A stretch of DNA of 64,000 bases. Origin: a virus. The notes under the pieces were generated by a model, which saw only the letters and a list, made by a program, of their open reading frames with translations, was not told where the DNA came from and made no database searches. Positions 18,948 to 27,594 of the stretch are shown piece after piece (position 1 is the first letter of the stretch; every line of letters begins with the position of its first letter). The stretch lies in IMG/VR virus record IMGVR_UViG_3300036860_000542, positions 18,418 to 82,417 of that record. One strand, given 5' to 3'. A program made the translations under genes and the position numbers.

Positions 18948-19189
18948 TTCTTTCCTCCAGCCGCCTTGCGGCGACGCTTCAAGAAGTAGGCGCCGCCGAC
19001 GAGCGCGACGGCACCAAGCAGGTACCACTTGTACGTGTCCAAGAAACCGCCCGAAGGCGCGGCGGCGGCAGCGGCAGCGCGTTCGGCAGCTCGCTTGGCG
19101 GACACGCAGCGTTCCACGCCACCGGACCTACGATGAAGTTGTCCAGGACCGCAGGTCAAACCGAGACCGATGGGAACGTACTGGCTCAT
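18944..19189 (-). CDS. Virion membrane protein, MSQY paralogue 2
   Basis: MSQYVPIGLGL..YKWYLLGAVALVGGAYFLKRRRK. Confidence 0.7.
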   Translation of the reverse strand: MSQYVPIGLGLTCGPGQLHRRSGGVERCVSAKRAAERAAAAAAAPSGGFLDTYKWYLLGAVALVGGAYFLKRRRKAAGGKK

Positions 19190-19428
19190 CGCTTTCTGCC
19201 CTTCTTGCGTCCTCGGCGCTTGAGATAGATGACTCCGCCTGCAAGCGCCATGGTACCCAGCAGGTACCACTTGTACTTGGAGACGAAGCCTTCCTGCACC
19301 GGAGTGACCGTGGTTCCTGTTGGTCCTGTGCTCACCTTGACGCCGGCTTTGGCCAGCTGGGTGCTCAAGGTGGGAATCATCCTCGAGAAGACGCCAGGAA
19401 CCGCACCAACTGCGATGTACTGGCTCAT
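19186..19428 (-). CDS. Virion membrane protein, MSQY paralogue 1
   Basis: MSQYIAVGA..YKWYLLGTMALAGGVIYLKRRGRKK. Confidence 0.7.
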   Translation of the reverse strand: MSQYIAVGAVPGVFSRMIPTLSTQLAKAGVKVSTGPTGTTVTPVQEGFVSKYKWYLLGTMALAGGVIYLKRRGRKKGRKR

Positions 19429-20471
19429 GACCGCCTCCGTAGGAAGAGGAAGTAGATGGCCGCCGCGCCACCGGCGTAGAGGGCCCACTTCGGCACCTTG
19501 CTCAGCATGCCGGCCGCTGCGGCTGCAGGGAGTTCAGGAGCGGCCGGGGCCGGCCCGGCATCCTCTTCGCCTTCCTCTGGGGGAGCATCAGGGCTCCACG
19601 GGCCGCTGGGACCACCGCCTCCACCACCCCCGCCACCGGCGTAGGCTTCCGGCGGAAGAGGCATGGATGGACCCGGTACGATCGGCGTGAGACTCGAGAC
19701 CGGTCCTGGAGGCGACTGCACGAGCGGTTGCGCCGTCGTGGCGGATGCGAACGACTTGGTGGAGAGCGTCGCGAGCGTCGGCTTGACCAACGACCCGGTC
19801 TTGGGCAAGGAAATCGTCCGCGACGGAGCGGCCAGCTTCTCGGTGATCTGCTTGAACCAACCCTTGTGAAGGCCGCGATTGCCCGGCGCCGTCTTGGTGC
19901 CGAGTACGCGCTTCACCTTCTTCTTGGCAGCAGCACGCTGCGCAGCAGTGGGTACGAGCGGCATGGCTTTCTTGACCTCCGTCTGTTTCACAACCGCGGG
20001 CGCCGGGGCCTTCACCGGAAGGAGTACCGGGGCCGTCACAGCGGCCACGGGAAAAGTGGGGACGGTGGCCTTCGTCACAGGTGTGAGCGAAGAGACCGGC
20101 CCCGCCGGCATGGGAGCGATCAAACTTGGAGCCGCAACTCGCGTCGGCGCTGGGGCTGGCGTCGTCGAGATCGGAGCGAGTGCAGAGACGAGGCTTGGCA
20201 GAGGTGTCGCCACCGATCGGATCGGAGCGGCTGATACGACGAGCGGCTTCACCGACACCGGTGGGATGACCATCGGCTTCGCGGCCGTGGCACGAGCCAC
20301 AGCAGACACTGGGGCGGCCTTGGAGACCGCAATCGGAGCCGCCTTGGGCACAGGCTTCGGGGCGGGCTTGGGCGCAGGTCTCGCCACCGCCACCACCTTC
20401 TTGACGGCGGCCACGATCGGCTTGGGGGCCGTCACCGACAGGGTGAGGCCAAGGCTGCGTCTGTACGACAT
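19425..20471 (-). CDS. Pro/Ala/Thr/Ser/Val-rich low-complexity protein with C-terminal TM
   Basis: MSYRRSLGL start; extended PAPKP/TPV repeats; ends KWALYAGGAAAIYFLFLRRRS. Confidence 0.7.
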   Translation of the reverse strand: MSYRRSLGLTLSVTAPKPIVAAVKKVVAVARPAPKPAPKPVPKAAPIAVSKAAPVSAVARATAAKPMVIPPVSVKPLVVSAAPIRSVATPLPSLVSALAPISTTPAPAPTRVAAPSLIAPMPAGPVSSLTPVTKATVPTFPVAAVTAPVLLPVKAPAPAVVKQTEVKKAMPLVPTAAQRAAAKKKVKRVLGTKTAPGNRGLHKGWFKQITEKLAAPSRTISLPKTGSLVKPTLATLSTKSFASATTAQPLVQSPPGPVSSLTPIVPGPSMPLPPEAYAGGGGGGGGGPSGPWSPDAPPEEGEEDAGPAPAAPELPAAAAAGMLSKVPKWALYAGGAAAIYFLFLRRRS

Positions 20472-20812
20472 CAGCGCTTCCCCAGGGAGTACCCGATGAA
20501 GAAGGGGATACCCAGAACGGCGAGCGCGGCGACCGGCGCGACCCACTTGTGCTGCAGGGCGTACTTGTACGCCTTCAGGGGCGCCACCGCGTACTTGAGG
20601 CCGATACCAGCAGGCTTGGCGCCGCCAGGTTTGGCTGGCGGCTGCAGCGCGTTGATGTCCATGATGAGCCCCGTCACCTTGGGGAGTGCTGGGTCATCAA
20701 GGATCGCGGACGTGGCCTGCACAACTCCGCCCACCTTGCCGGCGTACTCGGCCACCGCGCCAGCGAGTGCTTGGCGGCGAGCTCTGCTCCGGTTGCGGTT
20801 GACGTAGCTCAT
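20471..20812 (-). CDS. Putative virion membrane protein
   Basis: Basic N-terminus ..ALAGA; C-terminal TM plus KR. Confidence 0.65.
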   Translation of the reverse strand: MSYVNRNRSRARRQALAGAVAEYAGKVGGVVQATSAILDDPALPKVTGLIMDINALQPPAKPGGAKPAGIGLKYAVAPLKAYKYALQHKWVAPVAALAVLGIPFFIGYSLGKR

Positions 20813-20920
20813 CAGATCCTCAAGTAGCCCGTCGATCTTCGTCTCCGTCCCTGAACACGTCTCCGGTAGTTCGTGCAGGGTAGGCCTCGCGAGGCCGACG
20901 GGCTAGTTCAAGAGCCGATG

Positions 20921-21532
20921 CTACTTCTTCCTCCTTCCGGCCAGACGCATCACCAGGTTGCCGACGCCCAGCTTGGTCCAGGCCAGGTAGGCGATCCCAA
21001 CGATCACGCCCCACTTCATGAGCTGGCCACTGGTGTCACACTGCCAGGCGCCGTACTTGGCGATGCACTCGTACTTCTCCTTCTCCTTCGCGTAGTCGGC
21101 GTAGGAGTTGATCGCCGCCATGAGCACTAGAGCCACGGCGCCAACCACGATCAACAGGGGCAGGATGCCCTGCGCCTGCGGGCCGGAGGGCGGTGGCGCC
21201 GCGCCGACGATGATCAGTCGAGCGAGGGTCGGAGCGTCCGATGGGAGACGGACGTTCGACCCGTATACCTCGAGCAGGAGCGCTTGCATCTTCGCCGCCA
21301 GCGTCGCCTCGATCTGAGCCCGTTCGGCCGCCTCTGTTGGGGAGAGCCCGGCGCGGCTGTTCATGTCGCGGTACTTGAGCCAGTCCTTCAAGGACCGCTT
21401 CATCTTGTTGAGCTCGACTCGAGGGTTCTTCATGGGGGTAGCTCCCATCCCACCGTAGTGGATGAGCTCCGCCAACGGCGCATCGGAATGCGGGATCTGG
21501 CGGACAGGAACGGTGTCGTAGTGCTTCGCCAC
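20921..21532 (-). CDS. Putative virion membrane protein (two TM segments)
   Basis: GTG start with GGAG RBS; HYGGMGA; two hydrophobic helices; basic tail RRKK. Confidence 0.65.
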   Translation of the reverse strand: MAKHYDTVPVRQIPHSDAPLAELIHYGGMGATPMKNPRVELNKMKRSLKDWLKYRDMNSRAGLSPTEAAERAQIEATLAAKMQALLLEVYGSNVRLPSDAPTLARLIIVGAAPPPSGPQAQGILPLLIVVGAVALVLMAAINSYADYAKEKEKYECIAKYGAWQCDTSGQLMKWGVIVGIAYLAWTKLGVGNLVMRLAGRRKK

Positions 21533-21540
21533 TTCGTCTC

Positions 21541-22155
21541 CTACATGTTGACGATGCGGTAGCCAGGCAGCGCGACCACGAGCTGGCCCTGCGTCGGCGG
21601 CGTCGAGCCGCTGAACGTGATGGCCTCGTAGGTCGGGGTGACGGCGATCGTCGTGTTCGGGGTGAACAGCGACGGCACCGGCAGCGGGATGACGTTCTCC
21701 GGCTGCGAGAGCAGTCCACCAGGAACCGGGGACGACTGGAAGTTGCGCTGCGACCCGGTGTCGATGAACTGGTAGCTGATGTCGATGAAGTCGGCCGCGA
21801 TGGTCTGCGTGGGGAGCTGCGCCGAGCACACCGGCCGCCACCGACCGAAGTTGGTGGCGCTGGAGGGCAGCGTCGGCTTCCACAGGATCATCGGGTAGTG
21901 GGTCATGATGAACGGGCCGTCCTGGGAGACCAGCATCTGGGCTGGGTTCCCCTGGCGACCGTTCACCGTGATGTCGAACAGCACGGTGCCGACGAGGGTA
22001 TAGAAGAGACGACGACCAGGGATGGCGTCGATCTCCTCCTGGACGGTGCGCGGCTTCTTGGCCGCCTCCTTCAGGATGTCCATCTCCTGTCGGAGACGCA
22101 TGATCTCCTGCTTGAAGGGGGCGAGGGCCTGTCTGAGGGCTGCGTTGTCGGACAT
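21541..22155 (-). CDS. Putative single-jelly-roll capsid protein 2
   Basis: N-terminal coiled coil then all-beta pattern (VSQDGPFIMTH, LFTPNTTIAVT, LVVALPGYRI); adjacent to candidate capsid protein 1. Fold inferred. Confidence 0.5.
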   Translation of the reverse strand: MSDNAALRQALAPFKQEIMRLRQEMDILKEAAKKPRTVQEEIDAIPGRRLFYTLVGTVLFDITVNGRQGNPAQMLVSQDGPFIMTHYPMILWKPTLPSSATNFGRWRPVCSAQLPTQTIAADFIDISYQFIDTGSQRNFQSSPVPGGLLSQPENVIPLPVPSLFTPNTTIAVTPTYEAITFSGSTPPTQGQLVVALPGYRIVNM

Positions 22156-22238
22156 CGGAAGCACTCCCTATACCCGGAGGTTGGGCTGGTCTGGTCGAAC
22201 ACCGGGTTGCGACTCGCCAGACCTTCGAGGGTAGAAGT

Positions 22239-22285
22239 GAGGGGGGAAGTCGGGCGGGGTGTGGGTGTACCCGACTTCCCCCCTC
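22239..22285. terminator. Perfect 16-bp inverted repeat between the two capsid genes
   Basis: GAGGGGGGAAGTCGGG (22239-22254) / CCCGACTTCCCCCCTC (22270-22285). Confidence 0.65.
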
Positions 22286-22296
22286 GTGTCGAACGA

Positions 22297-22875
22297 CTAC
22301 TGGACGTCGCGGGTCTGGAGGCCGTCGATGACGAACATGATCACCTTCTCGTCATCGGTGGCGCCCGTGTTCAGGTTCACCAGGGCGTCGGTGGAGCCCA
22401 CGGTGAAGAACTGGCACTGGACCGCGAAGTTCTGGCGGACCGGCACCATGATGGGCCGCGCCAGCTTCAGGATCGCCTCGTGGGTCGGATCGCCGAGGTT
22501 GAAGATGGACGTGGTGTCGTCCACCGAACCCCAGACGCCGCCGCCCGACGGGTAGTACCAGCACGGCGCCTGGAAGGCCGGCTTGTCACCCAGCGACAGG
22601 GTGAAGTAGAGCTGCGAAGCCACCCGCAGGTAGTTCGCACGACGGTTGGTGCCGTTGAAGTACAGCCAGCACCGCAGGGCCAGGATGACGTAGGTCTGAT
22701 CGGACGCGAGCTGGCCGGCGACCTGGAGGTTCGTGAGGTCCAGGCGGCCGATGTTCGCGTTGCCGAACAGCACCGTGGTCTGCTGGACCACCGGCGAGGG
22801 GGTGCCGGTGGTGCGGATGATGGTGTCCCAGAACGGCTGGTGACGACGTTCCTTGACTCCGTGAAGACGAGGCAT
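22297..22875 (-). CDS. Putative single-jelly-roll major capsid protein 1
   Basis: 192 aa, beta-rich (QPFWDT, TNLQVAGQL, PIMVPVRQNFAV, IMFVIDGLQTR); AAGGAGA RBS; strongly biased GC3 codons; flanked by hairpins. Fold inferred. Confidence 0.6.
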   Translation of the reverse strand: MPRLHGVKERRHQPFWDTIIRTTGTPSPVVQQTTVLFGNANIGRLDLTNLQVAGQLASDQTYVILALRCWLYFNGTNRRANYLRVASQLYFTLSLGDKPAFQAPCWYYPSGGGVWGSVDDTTSIFNLGDPTHEAILKLARPIMVPVRQNFAVQCQFFTVGSTDALVNLNTGATDDEKVIMFVIDGLQTRDVQ

Positions 22876-23009
22876 CTGGCTTTCTCCTTGCTCTCGACGT
22901 CCTCTGTTTTGTCTCGACCGAGCATCATTGCCGGTCTAGTGGGGTGACTTCCCCATCTGCAGACGTCGATCCAGCGGGTAGTGCAGCGGGCAGCGCGGAG
23001 TGAAGTGGA

Positions 23010-23039
23010 AGGTGGGGGCCCCCGAAGGAGCCCCCACCT
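23010..23039 (-). terminator. Stem-loop (UUCG-type loop on the minus strand) after the core-protein gene
   Basis: AGGTGGGGGC..GCCCCCACCT. Confidence 0.55.
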
Positions 23040-23048
23040 AGTCGCGTT

Positions 23049-24464
23049 CTAGTAGCCCCAGCCCCAGCCGCCGAAGATGCCGGCGTACAGGGAGTCGAGC
23101 TTGTCGGCGGCCGGCGTCCACTGGGGGACCGTTCGGACCATCGACCTGGAGGGCACAGGGGCCAGCATGCGGGCCGTGGGGACCGGGGCGACCATGGCAG
23201 GAGCACCGGCGGCGCCGAGCTCCTCGTAGGCACCGGTCTCCATGTACTCGCCGAGCTCCTCTTCGGCGCCCGTCTCGACGTACTCGCCCGTCTCGACGTA
23301 CTCGCCCATGTCCTGCTGGAAGGCGCCGAGGGCCTCGTCGTACACGCCCTCCGCCGCGCCCAGGGCAGCCTGGACCGACAGCGGGGCGTACGCCTTGATG
23401 AGGGCCTCGATCAGGTTCACGCCCAGGCCGATCATGATCGGCGAGTGGTACCGGGACAGGAACCGGACCTTCTTGGTGGCGATGCTGCCCAGGACCACCA
23501 TGCCGGCATGGAGGACAGGACCAGCGTGGTTGCCCAGCTTGTCCGCCACCATGCCGCCCAGGCGGCTCACGATCAGCCGGCCACCGACCATGGCGCCGAC
23601 TACCGGAAGGGCAGCCTTGGCCACGGTCATGAGCCCGCCGAGCGGGTTCTTGCGGAGGCGGAAGCCCCGCAGGATGCCACCACGACGCCGGCCATGACGG
23701 CGCCGACGCGGGTTGTGACGCCGACGCCGACGGCGACGGGGATTCGCCAGCACGGGGGCGAAGGCATTGCGGCGACGACGCCGAGCGTGACGACGCCGAC
23801 GAGGATTCCGACGAGCCTTGCGACGCCGACGCTTCCGGCGCGGGTTCATCAACGGCTCACCCGCTGTGAAGTGCCGACCACCGGCGTACTTCTTCCGCCG
23901 GGTCCGCCACGCCTTCTTGGCCGCACGACGCCGACGCGCCTTCCCGTAGCTCTTCCGGCGCACCTTGCCACGGCGGGCCTTCCGACGCTTGCGGAAGCCC
24001 TTGGGTCCGTACTTCTTCCGCCGGGTCCGCCACGCCTTGAGGGCGGCGCGACGGCGCTTGCTCGACTTCCTCTTCTTCGCCATCGGGGTTCTCCTTCTCT
24101 TGGGCCGTCGCGCCTTCCGGCGCGGGTTGGTGTACAACAGGGCCGCGTTGCGGCGGCGACGCCTCCGGCGCGGGTTGGCCAGCGCCGTCATGTGGGGGTT
24201 CTTGCGGCGGCGCCGAGCCTTGCCGAACTTCTTGTTGTGGGCCCGCCAGTAGCGCTTGAGGCCGATCGGCATCTTGCGCGAGATCTTCACAGGACCCTTC
24301 GGACGGCGCGCCTTGGAGCGCTTCCGCTTCGGGTTCAGGCGGGACGCCCGAACAGCAGCGAGGCCGCCGCGGGCAGTGGAAGCAGTTCGACGGGCCTTGA
24401 TGAGGCCGAGCTTTCGCCGGAGGGCTGCGGTTCTTCCAGGAGGATTGACGAACCAGGTTGGCAT
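23049..24464 (-). CDS. Arg/Lys-rich protamine-like core protein with NP repeats, membrane segment and acidic GEY repeats
   Basis: N-terminal ~275 aa dominated by R/K runs separated by about ten xNP motifs; then hydrophobic helices; then GEYVET/GAxEEL repeats. Confidence 0.75.
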   Translation of the reverse strand: MPTWFVNPPGRTAALRRKLGLIKARRTASTARGGLAAVRASRLNPKRKRSKARRPKGPVKISRKMPIGLKRYWRAHNKKFGKARRRRKNPHMTALANPRRRRRRRNAALLYTNPRRKARRPKRRRTPMAKKRKSSKRRRAALKAWRTRRKKYGPKGFRKRRKARRGKVRRKSYGKARRRRAAKKAWRTRRKKYAGGRHFTAGEPLMNPRRKRRRRKARRNPRRRRHARRRRRNAFAPVLANPRRRRRRRHNPRRRRHGRRRGGILRGFRLRKNPLGGLMTVAKAALPVVGAMVGGRLIVSRLGGMVADKLGNHAGPVLHAGMVVLGSIATKKVRFLSRYHSPIMIGLGVNLIEALIKAYAPLSVQAALGAAEGVYDEALGAFQQDMGEYVETGEYVETGAEEELGEYMETGAYEELGAAGAPAMVAPVPTARMLAPVPSRSMVRTVPQWTPAADKLDSLYAGIFGGWGWGY

Positions 24465-24560
24465 GCTCTCTCCGTTCAGTTTCCCAACGACAAATCGTTG
24501 GGGGCGCTTCCGCGGTTACTGTTGTCCGCGCACCGGAGAGAGCGAGGACTTGCGAGTCTA

Positions 24561-24590
24561 AAGATACGGGTACTTCCAGGACCCTGTCAA
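24561..24590 (-). promoter_or_regulatory. Sigma70-like promoter for the core/capsid operon
   Basis: TTGACA-N18-TATCTT on the minus strand. Confidence 0.6.
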
Positions 24591-24592
24591 GT

Positions 24593-25021
24593 TCATCTAC
24601 GCCTGGGGGAGGATAGAGCGGAATCCAGCTTAGATTCCAAGCGGTTAAGAGATTCGAGAATCGACCGAAGTCGTACCTCCTGCTCCGCTTTGGATACCTC
24701 GAGCGTCTTCACACGCTCGTCGAGGGTCTTCTGCATGGCGGTGTACTCCGCCCTCGCGCTCACGAAGCTCTCCGCGTCGGGGTACTTCCCGAGACGGAAC
24801 ACCGTCACCGCGATCGGCACACCCATGGTGATGACGAAGGCGCACACCCACGATGCCACCTTCGCGATCGACGGACGAAGCATGTTCTCGATCCACGAGA
24901 ACTTCGTATTGCCCTGGTTGAGGCTGTTCTTCACCTCTTCCTTGAAGTGCGCGAAGGTGTGCTCAATGACGAGCATGCGATCGCGCAGCTCCTTGAACTC
25001 TTCGGCTTCCTGTGGAGTCAT
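24593..25021 (-). CDS. Membrane protein with coiled coils
   Basis: Central TM VASWVCAFVITMGVPIAVTVF flanked by heptad-like segments. Confidence 0.6.
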   Translation of the reverse strand: MTPQEAEEFKELRDRMLVIEHTFAHFKEEVKNSLNQGNTKFSWIENMLRPSIAKVASWVCAFVITMGVPIAVTVFRLGKYPDAESFVSARAEYTAMQKTLDERVKTLEVSKAEQEVRLRSILESLNRLESKLDSALSSPRRR

Positions 25022-25728
25022 CCGGTTATGCCTTCCGGTCTCACGTCCAGCATCCCGCCCCACAACGCGGCCTCGAGCCTCGCTCGAGGTCCCTTCACGT
25101 CGATGATGAGCAGGGCGCGACCGGAAGGAACAGCGTAGAGCTCAGGATACGGTCGCGCCTCTGCATCAGACTTCCTGCCGGCGGCGTTCTTGTACTGGAA
25201 GCCGAGACACAGGCCGAGCAGGTAGAGGCTCTCCACCTTCTTCAGCCAACTAGGAACCTCTTCCAGCGGACCCTCATCGATCATGGAGTCCGTTGGCACG
25301 TACACACCCACTCCGGCCTCGTGCTCGTGGATGTAGTCGTTGAACTTCGACTCCCACTTGTCGGAGCGATAGAGGATGTGGTAGGCATCGCCGATGTACA
25401 TGAGCTCCGAAGGCATCTGAAAGCCTTCCAGAATGCCGAACTCCTGGGGATCGAACTTGGTGAAGCGCTTGTAACCCTTCACCGCGTCCATGAAGTCGGG
25501 GGGAGGTTCAGGTGGGTTCTTTTGTGGACGCTCGCCCAACTTGCGAAACATGTCCTCTTTCGAGAAACCCAGGTATCCGTGCATGTGATGCTTGCCCATG
25601 CCAGCGTCGGCATCAAACCAGGCGTTGCTCTGTCGATCAAAGTAGACCGTCGCGATGGTGTTGCCATCGTCGTCAACCACCAGTTGATTGCCGGTGTCCG
25701 CGTAGTCCTTGGCACGTTTCAACTTCAC
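25018..25728 (-). CDS. Hypothetical virion-module protein
   Basis: Overlapping operonic ORF; internal QKNP; YRSDKW..YIHEH..GITG end. Confidence 0.65.
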   Translation of the reverse strand: MKLKRAKDYADTGNQLVVDDDGNTIATVYFDRQSNAWFDADAGMGKHHMHGYLGFSKEDMFRKLGERPQKNPPEPPPDFMDAVKGYKRFTKFDPQEFGILEGFQMPSELMYIGDAYHILYRSDKWESKFNDYIHEHEAGVGVYVPTDSMIDEGPLEEVPSWLKKVESLYLLGLCLGFQYKNAAGRKSDAEARPYPELYAVPSGRALLIIDVKGPRARLEAALWGGMLDVRPEGITG

Positions 25729-26147
25729 CGAATCGCCTCCAACGTCTCGACGAAGTGGCGGTTGGAGAGCGCGCTATCTCCACGCAGAGATCGGATTCTG
25801 GAGACGACGGTTCGAGCACTCATACCCATGATCCGCATCGCCATGGCAGCCACCCAGGCGGAACGGTTGCGGCCCGCAAAACAGGTGACGAGAACCTTCT
25901 TGCCCCTCTCCAACGCATCCGCCACCACGACCGCAGTGCGAAGCGCCCACGCACGCTCCGTCAAGGTGGGCTTGGCGTCGTCAAGGCCTACGTAGACGAG
26001 GTTCTGTCCGGTCTCTGGGAATCGAGGTTGGTACTCAAGGGCAGTGAAGACGATCATATCGAAGCCCTTCGGAAGAACCATGGGAGCCGAACCGATGAAT
26101 AGGTTCGGATACACCTCAGTTCTGTCTGCGAGCTCCTTCATGTTCAT
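25725..26147 (-). CDS. Dual-specificity/tyrosine protein phosphatase (CX5R)
   Basis: LFIGS, LDD general acid, VLVTCFAGRNRS, R..ALSNRHF. Confidence 0.9.
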   Translation of the reverse strand: MNMKELADRTEVYPNLFIGSAPMVLPKGFDMIVFTALEYQPRFPETGQNLVYVGLDDAKPTLTERAWALRTAVVVADALERGKKVLVTCFAGRNRSAWVAAMAMRIMGMSARTVVSRIRSLRGDSALSNRHFVETLEAIR

Positions 26148-26428
26148 CTCATGATGCGCCAGAGGCCGTAACCGAGCAACCCCAGGCCAATGTACAACGA
26201 CCAAGAGGAGCCGCCGAGATCGAAGTCTCCCAATCCTCGAGCGATCTGGCCACGAGCAGCTGCGCCCTCACCGATTTTCCTCACGCCAGCAGGCAGTGCC
26301 CAACCAGCTTGGTCTGAAGCCACACGGGTGCCGAGATGAGATGGTGCCTTCGGGAACGCGGCGGTCTGATGGCCGTCCTCGTAGTAGTCGTACCGGCGCA
26401 AGGCCGGCTTCCAGACCGAGTAGATCAC
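26144..26428 (-). CDS. Putative virion membrane protein
   Basis: ARGLGD then C-terminal TM. Confidence 0.65.
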   Translation of the reverse strand: MIYSVWKPALRRYDYYEDGHQTAAFPKAPSHLGTRVASDQAGWALPAGVRKIGEGAAARGQIARGLGDFDLGGSSWSLYIGLGLLGYGLWRIMR

Positions 26429-26613
26429 TTCTTTCCGCCCAGCCAGATCAGAGCCATCACCAGGACGAAGGTTCCGCCGAGGCCGAGAAGAACACTCTTC
26501 CCGTCCACCGCACCAAGACCATGCTTCCTGGAGGGAGGAGCCGGGTAGCCGCGCCAGTCCCAGGCGTAGGGCGCCATGCCGTGGGAGTAGAATCCATCCT
26601 TGGGAGCTGCCAT
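26425..26613 (-). CDS. Putative virion membrane protein
   Basis: KHGLGA then TM plus KK. Confidence 0.65.
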   Translation of the reverse strand: MAAPKDGFYSHGMAPYAWDWRGYPAPPSRKHGLGAVDGKSVLLGLGGTFVLVMALIWLGGKK

Positions 26614-26617
26614 CGGA

Positions 26618-27592
26618 CTACCTCCGCTTCTTCTTGGGCTTGAAGATGAAGAAGGCCGCGACGCCGATGCCGGCGGCGGCGACCATGCCGTACCCGGACG
26701 TGAGGAAGTTCATGATGCCGCTTCCCAGGAGCGACGTGCCGGCGCTACCCGCGTCGGGCGACATCGATGACACGAGGCTCTGCACGGAGGCCACCGCCTG
26801 GCCCGCGGTGCCAAGGTACTTCCTGATTATGATGGCCGTCTTGTCGGCCGAGGCCGCCACGACGAACGGACGCTGGTACTTCTCCCAGGCGATGTAGACA
26901 CCCTGGAGATGGTTCGCCTCATCCGTGGTGAGCTTACGATTGTAGCGATCCAAGAATAGCTCCTTGGCCCTCCGCGCTGCGGCAGCCGCCGTCTTCGGGC
27001 CGATCTTCCCATCGATCGCCACGCCGAGGACCGTCTGGAGCTGCTTGAACTTGGTGGTCACGGCTGGGCTCTTGCCGAAGCAATACTCCGCGCTGCCACC
27101 GCCCACACAATCGATCGACGTGCTGGGGATCGTATAGATGATGGCGGCGTCGAGCGGAGACACTGAAGCACCAAGGCTGATCGGCTCGCCGATCGCTGTG
27201 CGCTGCGTCTGCTTCCAGTTGATCTGCTTCATCGGCTTCAGGTTCCACCGCTTGTTGCGGCGGCAGAGCTTGTAGATATGCATCCACGGAACCGCCGGCC
27301 AGTTGCGGCCCGCAACCTGAGCGATGGCAGACTGAGTCGCCGCGTTCATGAGGCCGTTTCTCGGGACGTTGAAGCCGAGCTCGTTGAGGCACTTCTGGAT
27401 GCCTTGCACGACCACCATGACCGGCTGCGAGGACGGATCGCTCTCCCCAGGCGTGAGGAAGAGAGTCGGGACCGCCATGCTGGCCAGATACGGTCGCACG
27501 CCCATGTCGGCGATGATCTGCCGAACGTCGAGCGGGCCGATCGGGAACTCAGGCGCTTCGGCTTCGCCGTTCTTCTTCTCTTCCTTTGCCAT
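26618..27592 (-). CDS. Membrane-anchored protein with two peptidoglycan-binding (PG_binding_1-like) motifs
   Basis: IQKCLNELGF..NGLMNAATQSAI and LQTVLGVAIDGKIGPKTAAA; C-terminal TM plus KPKKKRR. Confidence 0.7.
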   Translation of the reverse strand: MAKEEKKNGEAEAPEFPIGPLDVRQIIADMGVRPYLASMAVPTLFLTPGESDPSSQPVMVVVQGIQKCLNELGFNVPRNGLMNAATQSAIAQVAGRNWPAVPWMHIYKLCRRNKRWNLKPMKQINWKQTQRTAIGEPISLGASVSPLDAAIIYTIPSTSIDCVGGGSAEYCFGKSPAVTTKFKQLQTVLGVAIDGKIGPKTAAAAARRAKELFLDRYNRKLTTDEANHLQGVYIAWEKYQRPFVVAASADKTAIIIRKYLGTAGQAVASVQSLVSSMSPDAGSAGTSLLGSGIMNFLTSGYGMVAAAGIGVAAFFIFKPKKKRR

Positions 27593-27594
27593 GA

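Noticed and set aside
23445-25106. 553-aa plus-strand ORF, and similar long antisense ORFs (30499-32262, 37704-39398, 28350-29624)
   Set aside because: Shadow frames of GC-rich genes on the opposite strand; no RBS or motifs.
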